This document shows, piece after piece, positions 38,696-52,075 of a stretch of 64,000 nucleotides of DNA. The position numbers and the translations under genes were made by a program. This DNA is from Sphaerodactylus townsendi (taxonomy: Eukaryota): NCBI RefSeq assembly GCF_021028975.2, contig NC_059435.1, forward strand, positions 40,238,001-40,302,000, in the 5' to 3' direction. How positions within the stretch are numbered: position 1 is the first letter of the stretch; every line of letters starts with the position of its first letter. Below the pieces are notes generated by a model. That model was not told where the DNA came from, made no database searches, and worked only from the letters and a program-made list of their open reading frames with translations.

Positions 38696-38836
38696 GGCCC
38701 CTTCCACACATGCAGAATAATTCACTTTCAATCCACTTTCATTGCACTTGGTAGCTGTGTGGAATAGCAAAATCCACTTGCAAACAATTGTGAAAGTGGA
38801 TTGAAAGTGCATTATTCTGCATGTGCGGAAGGGGTC
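38696..38836. mobile_element. 141-bp MITE (non-autonomous DNA transposon, PIF/Harbinger-like)
   Basis: 46-bp terminal inverted repeats at 38696-38741 and 38791-38836 match at 43/46. Flanks are TTA (left) and TTT (right), consistent with a degenerate TWA target duplication. Confidence 0.85.
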
Positions 38837-40390
38837 TTTGCTTTAAATGAGGTGTGTGGATGTGCCTGCCCAATCCTGTTTTTACCTGCTTCTTTATTCC
38901 TTTGAGCCCTTACTGTGTGTGAACTCTGAAAGAGATGTCTATTTTTTCATTCCCCCACGTTGCGCACATCTATTGGGCCTCTGTGGACAGAAATGGGGAT
39001 CCAATAAACCAGAGTGCTTACTGTTCTTATGGTGGTGATGGTTATTATTATTTGATCACTATTATTATTTGAATACTATTATCATTTGAACACTATTGCA
39101 ACTTCAGTAGCAAATCTCTCTTTTTCCATTAAATAGTGCTATTAATTTTTGGAAAAGGGTAAGACAACCAAATGGGAAGGTACATCCCTTTTGAGGGGCT
39201 CCCATAAGCCGACTAAGGAATTCTATGGGACTCAGAAGATGGCTTTCACTCTGGGCCTTAACAGAGGTCTTCTGAATGGTTTATCCAAAGTTTGCAATAA
39301 TGGCTGATGATTTTCTTCTGGATAATAATCTTTGGGTGTTCTCATCAATGTGAAATGTACGCTGGGGCCTTCAGGGCATCTAGAACAATAATTTGATGCT
39401 CTTCTTCTATAAACTTGAAAGAAATAATTATTTTATTCAGTTGAGTATATTGTGACTATTTTAGCCTTACTCAGTAAGCGCTGCCCACTGCGCAAATGGT
39501 TCCAACATATGGCATTTTTATTGGACAGAGAAGAACTCGGTAACTCCAAAGGGGATTTGCTGGGAAAAATATAGCATCTAGTGTACCCTGGATCAACCCC
39601 CATCAGTCCTTCCTCACATGTTTCATTACCTCACTATCCCTTCATCTGGTTGAACAACTTTTCACGTGTTTACTAATCTTTGGAATCCATGTTCCGTTAG
39701 AATTGTGTCTAGAAATAAAAAAGAATGGGTTGGAAAACGAGATGCCCCCCCCTTTCCAGTTCTTTGTCTACTCTAAAGCCTTTGTTGGGCTTAGTATGGA
39801 GAAGCTTCCCCCGCCCCTCAATTTACTGAAACTCCAAAATTAACCAGAAATGCTCAAGATGTTAAACCAGCTATTTGAACAGACCGTTAAGGTTCTTCTT
39901 TGACTCCTGCAGTCCTTCGCTTGAAACTGCCCTTCCCTCCCTCCTTCCCATTGTAAAAAAAAAGCAAAATGAAATCACGCTGAAAATAGCAATTTTACTG
40001 GGAATCATTAATCACTTCCTCCAATAAATACTTCTTTGTAATTCAACAGCGATTCTGAAAGGCATTCTCTTGGAAAAGGTCTGAGAAGACACGAAGGATT
40101 TTCCTGGGGAAAATGTGTTCATGTATAAAGACACAGTCGCTTGGCTGTGCGATGGAAATGTATACTTTCTGGGTGGAGAATGGAGCGCGCATTGAAAAAT
40201 ACATATGGCAGATTGTCATCATTCAAGGTAATGTTTTCTCTCCCCCCCCCCCTCTCTCTTTCTCTCTCGTCTTAAAAACTATAGTAGAGTTTGCTGTGAT
40301 GTGTGCCTGTGGATCCTAGCTTGCCATAACCAGTGTTACAATAAGTTGGAGATCTACACATTGTCTGGGCTCTGCTGGGGCAACCAAGAG

Positions 40391-40407
40391 AGTTCACCGA
40401 AAGGACA
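40391..40407 (+). promoter_or_regulatory. DR5 retinoic acid response element 3' of HOXA4 (neural enhancer)
   Basis: AGTTCA-ccgaa-AGGACA, the Hox4 3' RARE pattern, about 2.8 kb past the stop. Confidence 0.85.
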
Positions 40408-40528
40408 CATTTTCTATCCCATTAATTGTTTTTTTAACAGAAGGAGACTGACCCATCAAACCCTTGACCTTTAAAGACAGCCTTCTTTCTAATCTGGCCC
40501 TTGGACCCCAATATTCCCCTCATAGACA

Positions 40529-40694
40529 NNNNNNNNNNNNNNNNNNNNNNNNNNNNNNNNNNNNNNNNNNNNNNNNNNNNNNNNNNNNNNNNNNNNNNNN
40601 NNNNNNNNNNNNNNNNNNNNNNNNNNNNNNNNNNNNNNNNNNNNNNNNNNNNNNNNNNNNNNNNNNNNNNNNNNNNNNNNNNNNNNNNNNNNNN
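40529..40694. other. Assembly gap (166 N)
   Basis: Run of N. Confidence 0.99.
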
Positions 40695-43600
40695 ACACAC
40701 CATTACATTCCCCCACTCTTTTATACACACAGGAGCTTGCCCTATCTTATAAAAGGGACTGGGTTGGATTCTAAAGGTTTTGCAAATGTTTCAGATAAAG
40801 GCCAAATGAAAGCAGTTCTGACCTTTCTGTCCTAGTAACCAGTAAAACCAGCATTTTGTATTACTGGAGTGTGAATTCTAGCCTGGTGTGTTGCTTGAAA
40901 GAAGAATGGTGGGCCCAGAGACTTGTAACTAGACTGGTTTCCCAACAGTTGCATGTTGCTTGTATTTACTTACAAGATCTTCAGCTTTGTAAACAGGAAC
41001 AGGGTGGTAGGTTGAGAAATCTGCGGTCCTGTATGGCACCTGGGGTCTCCCCCCCCCCCTTCTTCAAACACTGGCCATTTCTCAGCAGCTGACGGGTCCC
41101 TTCAAACATTTCTACTCTCCTTGCCTGCCCGTTTTAGTGCCTTCAAAGGCCACCGACCTGGCTTGAGTCAAGACTGCCTTCCCTCTCTGAAAATGCCCCC
41201 ACCTTTGCTTAGGTTGTTCACTACAGAAATATACAGAAGAGATCAATATCTCTGTGACACCATTCCACTGGGCAACCTCAGAGTGAACCTACTCGAAGAC
41301 CAATAAACAAGAATTCTAGTGTTTTCTGGGTGATTTATGGTGTGTGGAGGAAAACCATCTACCCACCCCCAGACCAAAGTTCCGGGTTTGTCAGCAGGAG
41401 TTGCCCTTTCTTCACATTTCCGTCTCAAGAGAAATAGAGATGAAGCTAGATATGAGAGCTCTGGGCCCTCAGTAATACCTTGAAGGGTGAGAATGGGCTA
41501 GGTGTGAACCCCTGGGATCAGGGTGATGATCCCATTTATTGTGAGTTCAACTGTTTTGGTCACAGAATGAATTCGTAGTTTTGCAGTGGACCATCCAACC
41601 AATGGGAGCAGGTAATCTCTCCGGGGCATGTGCTGGAGTATCCTGTGTGAACTGCAGTTTTTGTTCTTGGAAGTCATTGAGACACAAGAACAGAAAAAAC
41701 ACACTAAAGAGGTTTATATCCAGTTGAGCAGGACTGGTTCTCTAGGTATCCCTGATAATGGAGTGGTGGTTCAGCAGGTTCGCACCACTTCGGCAGAATT
41801 GGTTGTTAAAGTGGTGCTTGTAAACAACCAGTTGTTAAATTATTTGAATCCCACATTTACCCTGTGCCTTTCCCAGTGTGAAACGTTTGTCCCCTTGAAA
41901 TGGAAGGTAACATCCTCAGATGACCGGAAAGAAGCAGGATTCCTCCCCCCCGCCCCCCTTCCCCTTGATAACCTGGTATTATGAAGGTCTTCCTGACTAC
42001 TTTAAGAACCGTCTGAGATCTGGATTAGGTGCGGTTCCCAGTTATGCAGGCTGGCCCAACCTGCTGCCGGTGACAATAAAAATCCGAATCCAAGTGACTC
42101 GGGGGCTGAGTGCTTCATTGCTCCAGGGCCTGACAAACTCGCGTTATTGATGTCCGGATGATCCCCCAGCAACTGAGAAGCTGCCCAAACCCACCGAGAT
42201 GATGGGGCCTGAATAAGCAACGCGAGAAACGCTGCTAAAGCAGATAAAGGTGTTGCTGTCTGTTCTGGGGTAGATATTGAATTTTTAATCTGGAAGAGGG
42301 GAAAAGGGGGGTGTCCAGTCACGTGACTCATTAAATAATTAATGCCGCTCGTCAGGAATGGATCGGTGGCCGTCAGTTCTCACTAGGAGGAGTGATTCTT
42401 TCCGACGTGAAAGAGAACTTCCTCTTTTTTCGACTTTCCCCAACACAAAAGCCAGCCTATCTGATTTATTATTTTTCCCCCGCAAGAGCCCTTAAAAACT
42501 TCTTTAAGCAAGCAATAGAGGCCGGTAAGTACACACAGAGCAGTCGTGTGCCTTGATGGCTTTTTCATTGTTTGCACGTGCTTTGCTGGGACCCCTTTTG
42601 CGTAGAACAAGGGGAAGATTTAGGGAATGTGAAATCTTGGGCTGCAAGATGCCTTTATGGAGGGCGCTGAAACCTCCAAGCCGGGCGAAGCGACTTGGCA
42701 GCGTCCTCGTAGTCAGGCACACTGTGGCAGTCGCCGACCACAGTGCGGGAGTCCCTGTTTCTCTCTCCCCCACCCCTTCCCAGTTTGCCCGGCATCCCCA
42801 TAAATCACGGGTCCTTGAGCTGGGCCGAGAAAGAAACTCCAGCGGCAGCGACAAGCATCGTGAGGGGGGGGGGGGCACACAAAAAGAGAGGAGTCGCCGG
42901 CAAAAACTCTCCATGACTCATCATTAAAGCTGAGCGATTTAGGACCAAGTTAAAGCCCGGCAATTAATATTCGAGTTGAGGCGAAGGACATGGCTTTTCT
43001 AAACGGCGCTTGCTTGCTCTGGGGCTATTTAGCAGCTATCGGAAGGGGGAAGAAGGACCCAGGTTTATTTGCCTGCTTGTTTGTTTCATCTCCCCCCCAG
43101 CCCCCCCTCCCAAGAGCGCTGGCAGTTTAATGGATCGCGGCGTGCGGCTTAATCGCTCCCCAAAACACGGGCGGGAGTTTTCTTGTATGGCAGGACGGTG
43201 GTCTGCCCAGGAAGGAGCCAGCTCAGCCAGAACTTCCCGATCGATCGCCGACCCAGTCGGTTCTTTACGGAGGGACGTGAGGGGTGGGGGGGAGCGAACC
43301 ACCCAAGGAGTTCCCCGGGATGGAGACCTGGCAGAAAGAGCGGGCAGGATTGACCTGGTAGCACTGAGGGCCCCCGACTGGCGAAGCGGCCGCCTGGCCA
43401 GACCCGCCGCTGCCCCCTTCTGCCACCAGAGCTCTCGATGAGCAATAAACACCCCTGTAAGCTATTATGATCGCTAACAATTATTTCTTTCTTTTCGCGC
43501 TAGATGGTTATTTGGCTCTAAATTTAAAATTATGATCGCCATTACCCAACGGGCCAATTACAACCACCAAAGCCTATCGTGGAAGAGCGCTCCCAAGATG

Positions 43601-45529
43601 GATTTTGAGACTTTTCGAGACTCTTGGCGCCATTATTCCAAGAAATTGCACTTAGCGTTATTAGCCATCACTTTTACTAGTCCAGTTAAAGACGAATCGA
43701 ATGGGACTTTTTAAAAATATATAGATGGAAAAGGACCGAAAATAACTGGGCAGGCAGCTCATTGTTACTTTAGACGATAGGTATATTGGGAGGGGCTGCT
43801 AGCTCCGTTTCAGGGATATATATATATATATTTACACTATATATGTATCTTTAAAACTAGTCTGAGCCAGTGGGAGAGACCTAGAGATCGGCTAGCGATC
43901 TGGGCCGATCATTTCAGCATGCGCCCAGCTCCGCCAGTTCTGCGTCTTGCACTGAAACGAAAGATGCGTTTGTACGCCATTCGACAAAGATGACCCTCGT
44001 CCGGTTGTATTTAACGTTTTTATTTGGCCAAACGACGCTAAACAAGGTTTCCCGGCGGAGTATCAAACCTGCCCTTCGTATCAAAGGCATATCCTTAGGA
44101 AGTAGCGCTGCATGCATAAAAAGGGGCCTTTCAATTTCATACACGATTGCAGTAGGCAATGTTATTACATGTTTATGACACGAATCAGCAACTTCGTTTT
44201 CATGATGACACACCCCACCTAGGATAACGCAGCAGCTGAACACCCCCCCCCCCCTCGCCTGGGTGCTAAATTAAAAACGGTCTTCTTTCCCTTTTCTTAC
44301 CCAGCTATTGCCTGTTCTTTGTTTACAGCGCTCTCGTCCACCGGAAAATACGTTTTAAAGAAGCATAAAATCTGGGAAGACTTCGGTTCGGTGGCTGGGA
44401 GCCCGAGGAGGTAAGAACCCAGTGGAGTGGAGGGAAGGGGAGGGGGCGGAAGAAATTGAACTCTGTTGCCGGAGAGTTTCAAACAGTTTCACGTTGCAAA
44501 TATGTTTTTTTGTGGGTGCTTGTCGCAAAGGTTACCGCGAGATTCGGGTTTGATAAATAGCTGGGTCGGTTGGCATCTTTGGGCGCTGCCTCCATTCGTC
44601 TTCCTTGGTGGGAGAATGCGCGTCTTGTCAAACAAAAGGAATCTATAGGACCCTAAGTCAGAGCCAGGTCTTTAAGGGCACTTCAGCCCTGGGAGAGTGT
44701 CCACGAGGTGGGGGCAGGGGGGAGACCCAGAGGGTCTGAAGGAGTCTTGGTCGAAAAGTGGAGTTGCCTTTTAAAATCGAGATCTCGGACTAGGTTGGTG
44801 ATTTCGTTTCTGGACCCTCGGAAGGGTGTGTTGCTTCCTGTCGCTCTCCAACGTGTCCGAGAATGTTTACCACGCTTGCTGTGTGAATCCGGAAAAGAAA
44901 AGCCACGGTTAGGATTTAGAATATTTATGGGAGCTTGGCAGGCGGCTGCAGGCAAAACTCAGGGACATCTTAGCTCTCCCGCCTCCTGTGCATTGAATTT
45001 GAAACTTCTTTCCAAGCACTGGACGTCCCACTGAAAGCGACTGAACATCTAAGCTTGGTTTTAGTGGCGTTGCGCCCCCCCCCCCTCCTTGGAATCAATT
45101 AAAACTTTAAAGCTCCACCATATGGGTGATTAAAACAACAGCAGCGGTGCTAGAATACTAAAAGCTGTGTGGAGCTGTTTGAATTTCCTGGTAGAATTAC
45201 CTGCTTTTACGAGGCTGAAGTACAATTAGTTTCGTTTGCTACCTTTTAAAAGGGGGTATAAATTTCATGGCTAGAGTTGTTGTGTTGATTTAGCTACTGG
45301 ATCCAGTCGGCTTTCTTTAAGCCGGTTCAAGACAAAACGTTGATTAAAAATTTCTAAAGGGGAAACAATTCTCTTCCCCCCCCATCTATACTTTTGAGAT
45401 AGACCCCACAACGATACCCCACAAACAGCCTGGTTATTTGCTAACCTGACTCTTAACAATTTTACTTTAATGAGTAATAATTTGTAAGGAAAACACAGTC
45501 TTGCTTTCTCCGATACAAACCTGAACAGA

Positions 45530-45670
45530 NNNNNNNNNNNNNNNNNNNNNNNNNNNNNNNNNNNNNNNNNNNNNNNNNNNNNNNNNNNNNNNNNNNNNNN
45601 NNNNNNNNNNNNNNNNNNNNNNNNNNNNNNNNNNNNNNNNNNNNNNNNNNNNNNNNNNNNNNNNNNNNNN
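45530..45670. other. Assembly gap (141 N)
   Basis: Run of N. Confidence 0.99.
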
Positions 45671-45800
45671 TGGGACATCTGCCTTAACTGAAACAAGAGC
45701 ACCCTACAACTAAAATAAGCAAACCAAGAGAAAAATCATGGCATTTCTAAAGACATAAACAATTATAAGCTCTGTTAAGCTCTGTTTAAAGACTACAGCT

Positions 45801-45876
45801 CTAGACATACTTACTAGGAAAGTAGGAAGCATAGATCTATGTGGGACTTTCTTCCGAGTAAACATACCTAGAATTG
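45801..45876. repeat. Degenerate short palindromic interspersed repeat (old MITE-like)
   Basis: CTAGACATACTTACTAGGAA ... TTCCGAGTAAACATACCTAG imperfect inverted arms (15/20). Related cores at 12796 and 19656. Confidence 0.45.
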
Positions 45877-48800
45877 AGCAGAAAATATTTTCTTGAGGAG
45901 GCCATTCCCTAGATCAAAAGGATTTTATCCTGCATTTCAGGCTTAAATGTGAACATGAAGTCAGAGCCCAATAGTTTGAAATGTGTGACATCTTAAGAGT
46001 CCTAGAAAGAATGTGTGGTTGAATGTGTATTGAGTAGAGCAGAACTTACCCCCAAACCCTTTTTTAAAAGGCCAGTATTTAATGTCAGTGGCTGGAGATT
46101 TGCATTAGGCACTGGAAGTCTCTTTCCTTGGAAGCGAGGCCTATTTGCTGCAGAGGGGAACCTTCAGCAAACTTACTTGGAAGAAAAGGTCCCACTGAAA
46201 CCAACAGGACTTACCTTGGAGTGAATGAGACTCAGATAGGTTTTCAAGCTTCACAGTCTCAACACAGACAGTTCGCAGTTTAGCAGACCCCTGCATGACC
46301 AAAAGCATTGTAAAGTGCCCACTGTCTTCTTCCTCATCTTCTGACTCAGTCACAGTTCTTCAGGCTTAGGTCAATTCCTTGTTTCTCCATAATGGCTTCC
46401 AGAGTGCACTGTCCTGTGCTGAGGGGGGGGGGGGACACCTTCCCTCCTCCCTAACTAAAATGCAATCTTGTTGAGCTTTCCCAAGGCTTTGAGAACTTCC
46501 TGTCCTCGGGATTGCAAATAAAGGCACAGCAAAGCAAAACTGCTGCCGCACTGCAAACAGAAGAGCTTTGAAGTCAACCCGTGTTTGTACTCAAAGGCGT
46601 AATTCCTGAAGCTCCATCAAAGCAACTGAATTCCAGAACCGTATTCTATCTAATAGCAATATTCAGCCCAGACCCAAGATTCCAGATGAGTCGGTATGAA
46701 CTTTCTTTCTTCCTGGCCTCATGGCAAAGAAACAGGTCATCACTGAGACATTTACTTTTCTTGGGAACTGGTTCATTCCCCTTACAATTTGCCATGTTAA
46801 TAGTTAAACAGCAGTTTTCACATTAACTTGATCGCTGGTGTTTTAAAAAAAAGGTACCAGGGGAGGGACATTTGAAAAGGGGAACCTTCAATACCATACA
46901 GTATTGAGGCAAATAAGTTGCTGCTGAATCCCAGTTTTATGAGTGTGACCTATTGTTTTATAGTTTCTGTTTGCTACAGTCATCATTTTGCTTTTGGCTC
47001 AAGGCAAAATATTTTTCTTGAGGCTCTGGAAGATATGACCTGCCTATTCCTAGGTCGGCTCCATTATCCATTAATTTCAGTGGCATTGTTGCTGAAGAAC
47101 TTCACAGGGCCTCTTTTGACTGGCCTGAAGGAACACGAATCCATCTCTTACTCCCTCCATCTCTTACTCCCTCGCTTGCATTCAGTGTTAGCCAATGAAA
47201 CTGTCCATAGGTGGTACTAACTTGTGTGTGGAAGAGTTTTCAAAAGTTCCATTCAAGTTGCTTGTGAGAGAAGGGATGTAGGTTCCGGGAGTGTCTAAAG
47301 GCTTCAAGTTTGGTTGTAATTCTACGCAAAGAAAATCAGCAGTCGCCAGAGTTGCTCTCAAGTAGGGAGTTTTTCTATGGACTTCAGTAGGGCGTTGGTT
47401 GTTGATTTTCAAGAGGAAGATTTTCAAGAGGTTGAAGGAAAACAGACAGTTGAAAGTTCTCTTTTAAGATTTTATAAATTTACTACACCCTTATCAGTGC
47501 ATTTCCCCATATCTCAGTGGAGTAGAATTGAAACTGCCAGGGGTCAGCCCCACTACTTGGATTTAACAAGGCCTGTTATTAGAGTAGTTAAAGTCCCACA
47601 AACGCACGAAGTCAAAGGAGTCAAAGGAGTCGACTGCTCACAAGTCTACCACAAGGCAAGTCTACCACAAGGCATTTGCTCACAAACTGGGTTTAAAAAG
47701 TCTAGGGCAAACTTGGAAAGAAGTATAATAGAATAAAACTTCCTTACGTGTACGTGAGAAGTGGAAAGGAAACAACATGGCTTAAAGTGCAAAGATCAAG
47801 CAAGTGGACCCATGTAAGGCACTCTAGGCATGAATGGTTTTATGTTAAAACAGGAACCTCTCCCTTGTCCAAGCATTGCAGGATGGGAGAAGTGCCGAGT
47901 AGGTAGAAATAGAGAAGGTCTTGGAGCTGCATGTAGAATCCAGATCAATTATTTTCTTCAGAGTCACTAGAGGGAAGAGCATGAGTTTCTTTTCTTTATT
48001 TTTTCCCTTATGGAAAAATATAACCCTTCCTCTCTAGGCGGTTAATCACTCCCCCCTCCCAAAATATTTCAAAGTTCGAGAACCCTATAATTTTGTACAT
48101 CACTCAAGTACTTGCATAGGAAACGCGTAAGCACAGGTTGAACATGAAGGTCCCAAAAGAGTTTGCAAAATTCAGATCCACCACAAAGGAGGATGACGCT
48201 TCCCTCCTTCTCTGCCGCCTCCTCCTCTTCCTCCTCCTAGGGTGCTGGAAGGACAGAAGTCCGGCAGCCTCTATCAGAGGCTCCTTTTCCTTTTGTCAGG
48301 TAATTACAGGTCTTTGGGGTTCCTACAACTGCTCTGATGTAACATGTGGGTGTTCAGCAAGCTCCATTCAATAGAAGGACAGAGGAGTCCGTGGGCTGGC
48401 GGGCGATCCTCCTCGTTTTGAAGGGGCTTCCAGAAGGCCAGTCTAGTGGCCGAGACCCCCTTGGATGGCGCCGCCTGCCCCCTTCCGCTCCTCTGGTCAC
48501 CAGAGAGTCCCATGCAGAAGGGCCAGTCAGTCATTTGTCTCAAAAGTTCAGAGTAATCACATCATATGAAAGCATAGTTCTTACCTCTCCGTCTGAATTT
48601 TGCATACAGAAATATTAACGTGGAAGGGGGAAAAAATAACCTCCCTGGCTTGATTTTTCTTCTCTCTCTTCTTTAAGGCACTTATGTAAAGCTTCTTCTT
48701 TTTTCTTTCTAAAAAAAAAGAGCCAGCCCAAGAGGCTCGCCTCTGGAACGCTGGTTCCTTCAGTGATTCCCTATTTCAAATAAAAGGATTTAAGTTGACG

Positions 48801-49413
48801 TATGACCACGTGAGCACATAATACAGCGCATTATTGTGGCATTTGGAGTGGAGACCCGGACTGGCTTCGCCTGTGATTACGCTTTTCCAGTTTCTGTTCA
48901 GAGCAAGAACTGCTTTCTATTATCCACCCACCCCCCCACCGCAAGCGACCAACCCGCTCACCCCTCGGAGAGCTTCCAGTTGGGCTACGGCGCTCGGTCC
49001 TTATGGAAAGGCTATTGCTGAGCTGTTAGGACGAGATGCTTCGTTAAAAAAAGATGGATTTTATTTTAAGGTATTTCCGTTGATTGTTCATTTGCGGGTG
49101 TGACTTATTGCTTTGTGAGGCAAAGGTCAGGAGAAAAGGCTTAAGGGTGTATATGGATACCAGTCAAGCCTCGTTTCCCCCTTTGTTTCAGTGTGCGGGG
49201 GGGGGGGGGGTTGCAATAAACAGATCAGATAATCGCGGTCTCTTTCCCCCTCTTCCTCGTATGGCTTTTGCGTATTCTTTTTGTGCCGACCTTTCTCTCT
49301 GAACGCCATGCGCTCGTTTTTCTCTTTATCTGTACCGGGAGTCGTCATTATCGTCGTTTTTAGTGTTTAATATATTCCTCAGATGTAGGTGGAAGTGTAT
49401 TTTGAGAAATGTC

Positions 49414-49591
49414 NNNNNNNNNNNNNNNNNNNNNNNNNNNNNNNNNNNNNNNNNNNNNNNNNNNNNNNNNNNNNNNNNNNNNNNNNNNNNNNNNNNNNNN
49501 NNNNNNNNNNNNNNNNNNNNNNNNNNNNNNNNNNNNNNNNNNNNNNNNNNNNNNNNNNNNNNNNNNNNNNNNNNNNNNNNNNNNNNNNNNN
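49414..49591. other. Assembly gap (178 N)
   Basis: Run of N. Confidence 0.99.
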
Positions 49592-51799
49592 ACGAGTATG
49601 CAATCCTGCTGCCATTTTATTTGTGTTGCTTTTTGGTGCTATATTTATGGGTGGGGGGTAGTTAGGCGTGCCACTGGAACTTCCACAGTTCCGGTGGAGA
49701 AAGAGCACCCTCTCAATATTCCTCCTTGCTTAAATTCAACCTTGTTTCGAACACTGGAATAAAAGCGTCCCCCATGCACCCTCAGAATCCACAAAATGCT
49801 GGTATGTGTGTATGTGTTTGTGTAGTCATGGATCTGGAAAGGAAAGGGGGCACATTCATTTGTCTTTCCCTCCCTTTATATAAAGCTTTACATTCTCCTT
49901 AGATTTCCTTTCCTGATCACTATGTCTTAACCTTCGATTTCTTCAGTTTTATGGAGGGAAATGCACACTAAATTACTGGGGGGAGGGGGGGAAATAAAGC
50001 CCTGCTTGCATTATACAAGGGGACAAATGTTATATAAAATTACATCCACCACTGAGTCTCAGTATTGCAAAAGGTCAGAGTGCTGATTTTTGATTTATGT
50101 TGCCAGTGAGCTAGGGGCAGAGCTCTCGCCTACACGCTGCTGTGCCTGTCCCCCCCCCCCCCAACCCTTCCCAAATTCCCAACCAATTGCAATTATTAGA
50201 GATAGATTTCTGGAGAAAAGGTTGGAACTATTAGAAATAGAACTTTCCTTCCTAAAAATGTTATGGCTATTTAATCCTGCAGCTTTTTGTAAGATCCTCT
50301 CATGTGGAGATGTAAAAGCAACCTCACCCCCCAAAGCTAAACAAAAAAAGCAAATAAATAATATATGTTATATATATGTAATATATACATAATCTGCAAT
50401 TAAATATGGCTTTAAAAATCATTTGGAGGGGGAAACCCCAGGTTTCAACCAGGCCGACACAGCCTTGGAAACAAATAAAACACAGTAAGCTTTAATTGCA
50501 TCTCAATTACTTTGTCATCGTTCCTTATGATTTATGACCCAGTTCTAGAGCATTTTGACCCAGTTAAAACAGTCATAAATGAGAGTGTCCTGAACCTCTC
50601 CGCTCCTAGGTGTAGAGGGGAGGGGAAGACTTGGTGACTGAAGTTGAAGAGGGAATCATGTGTAAACCCCGAGTATATTCTGAGTAAATCACAAAACCTG
50701 CCATTGGCGATTATCTAGTACTGCTGAGATAAACCATAAACCATGATCAGGACGAAACCCCTTTTCTTCTAAGGCTGGCCAGCGCACAGTTCCAGGGCAG
50801 CGAACCTGAACACACTTACTGAGAAATAAGCACCACTGGATTCAGTAGTAGTTAATTCCGAGTAATCGAGGTGGACTTTTCCCTGTGAGGCGTTTGGGAC
50901 TGGCGTTCTACCCAGAATCTCTGCCAAGGATGCCCGCTCTGGAGAATTTCCCCTCTGCCTACTTCTCTCCCAGTTGTTCCAAACAGTTTTCCTCATTTTC
51001 GGCACCCAAAGTCCAGTCAGCATTTGCCGAGATTAGAGGGATTTGAAGAGTTTTAGTCCAGGAAAAAAATTGACGGGGTTAACCTTCATTATTGAATCAA
51101 AATGTGGGATTGGGGGAGGAGGGGGTTTGCTGGTAGAGCAGCCCTTTCCCCGGTTAAAGGGTGTTTGGAAAGATATATCAAATCCTCCTTCCATGGAACC
51201 CTCTTGGATGTATGTCGCTTTACTTCCAATGGCCACTGTCCAATTACTTTAGTTTCTTAGAGGGGCAGAGCAACATGGAGAAGCCTTAAACAGTAGTTGT
51301 TTAAGAGTCAAAAGGGTTAAGATAAGAGACCGTGTCCTCATTTCTCTCCCCCACCCCACAAAAAAAGCATTAAAACTAAACTGGGAAAAGTGTCTGCGTG
51401 TGTCTGGGTCTGTGTAGCGTCTGAGGAAGGACATCTCCGGGATTATTGCAAAAAATCCCCCCCCCCCCGCATTTTTGAACCCGGGCTTCGCAACCGCTCG
51501 TTCCCGAAAGCGACAAATTGTCTACCTTCTTCTGCTCAGAGCGGGAAACCAGATCAGATGTCTGCATCAGGACACGAGACGCACCCGAAACAAAACAGTC
51601 CAGACAGTCGCTGGCAAACCTGGCACCCCCCCCCCCCCGCCCCAACCCGCTAGCCATGGGCGCCTGCGATCCCCGTTGCTTGTCCTCCCGGGGCTGCGGT
51701 GGGTTGGAAGGCGCGGTCCACCCTCGGATGTGGCTCAGGGTCGCTGAACTGGCCGCTGGCTTTTGCGGGGGGGGGGGAGGTGTTGAAAACGGAGGAAGC

Positions 51800-52075
51800 T
51801 ACATCAGCAGTTTTCAGAAGAAAGTGCGGGGTTGATTATTGACAGAAGGGGCGTTTTCATCCCGCGCAACTTTCCAGGAGTCGTTTTGTAGCCAAAAATG
51901 CCTACCCCGGGGATTTTGGCCCCTTCTCTGCCACCCCCTCCCACGCTGCTTGGCTTTTCCTTTCAAGTTGGGCCACCGCGATGTGCGACGAGGAGCCGGT
52001 GTTTTCTGTTGTGCGGCTCTGTTTACAGCTCCGGTGCGTGAAGTCATAAATCTTGCCTCGCCATAAATGACAAAA
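51800..52075. promoter_or_regulatory. Candidate Hoxa3 rhombomere 5/6 enhancer (MafB/kreisler + Hox/Pbx + Prep/Meis sites)
   Basis: AAAACTGCTGA on the - strand (51804-51814), TGATTATTGAC (51833-51843), TCATAAATCT (52044-52053) and TGACAA (52068-52073). The arrangement matches my recollection of the mouse enhancer. Confidence 0.7.
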
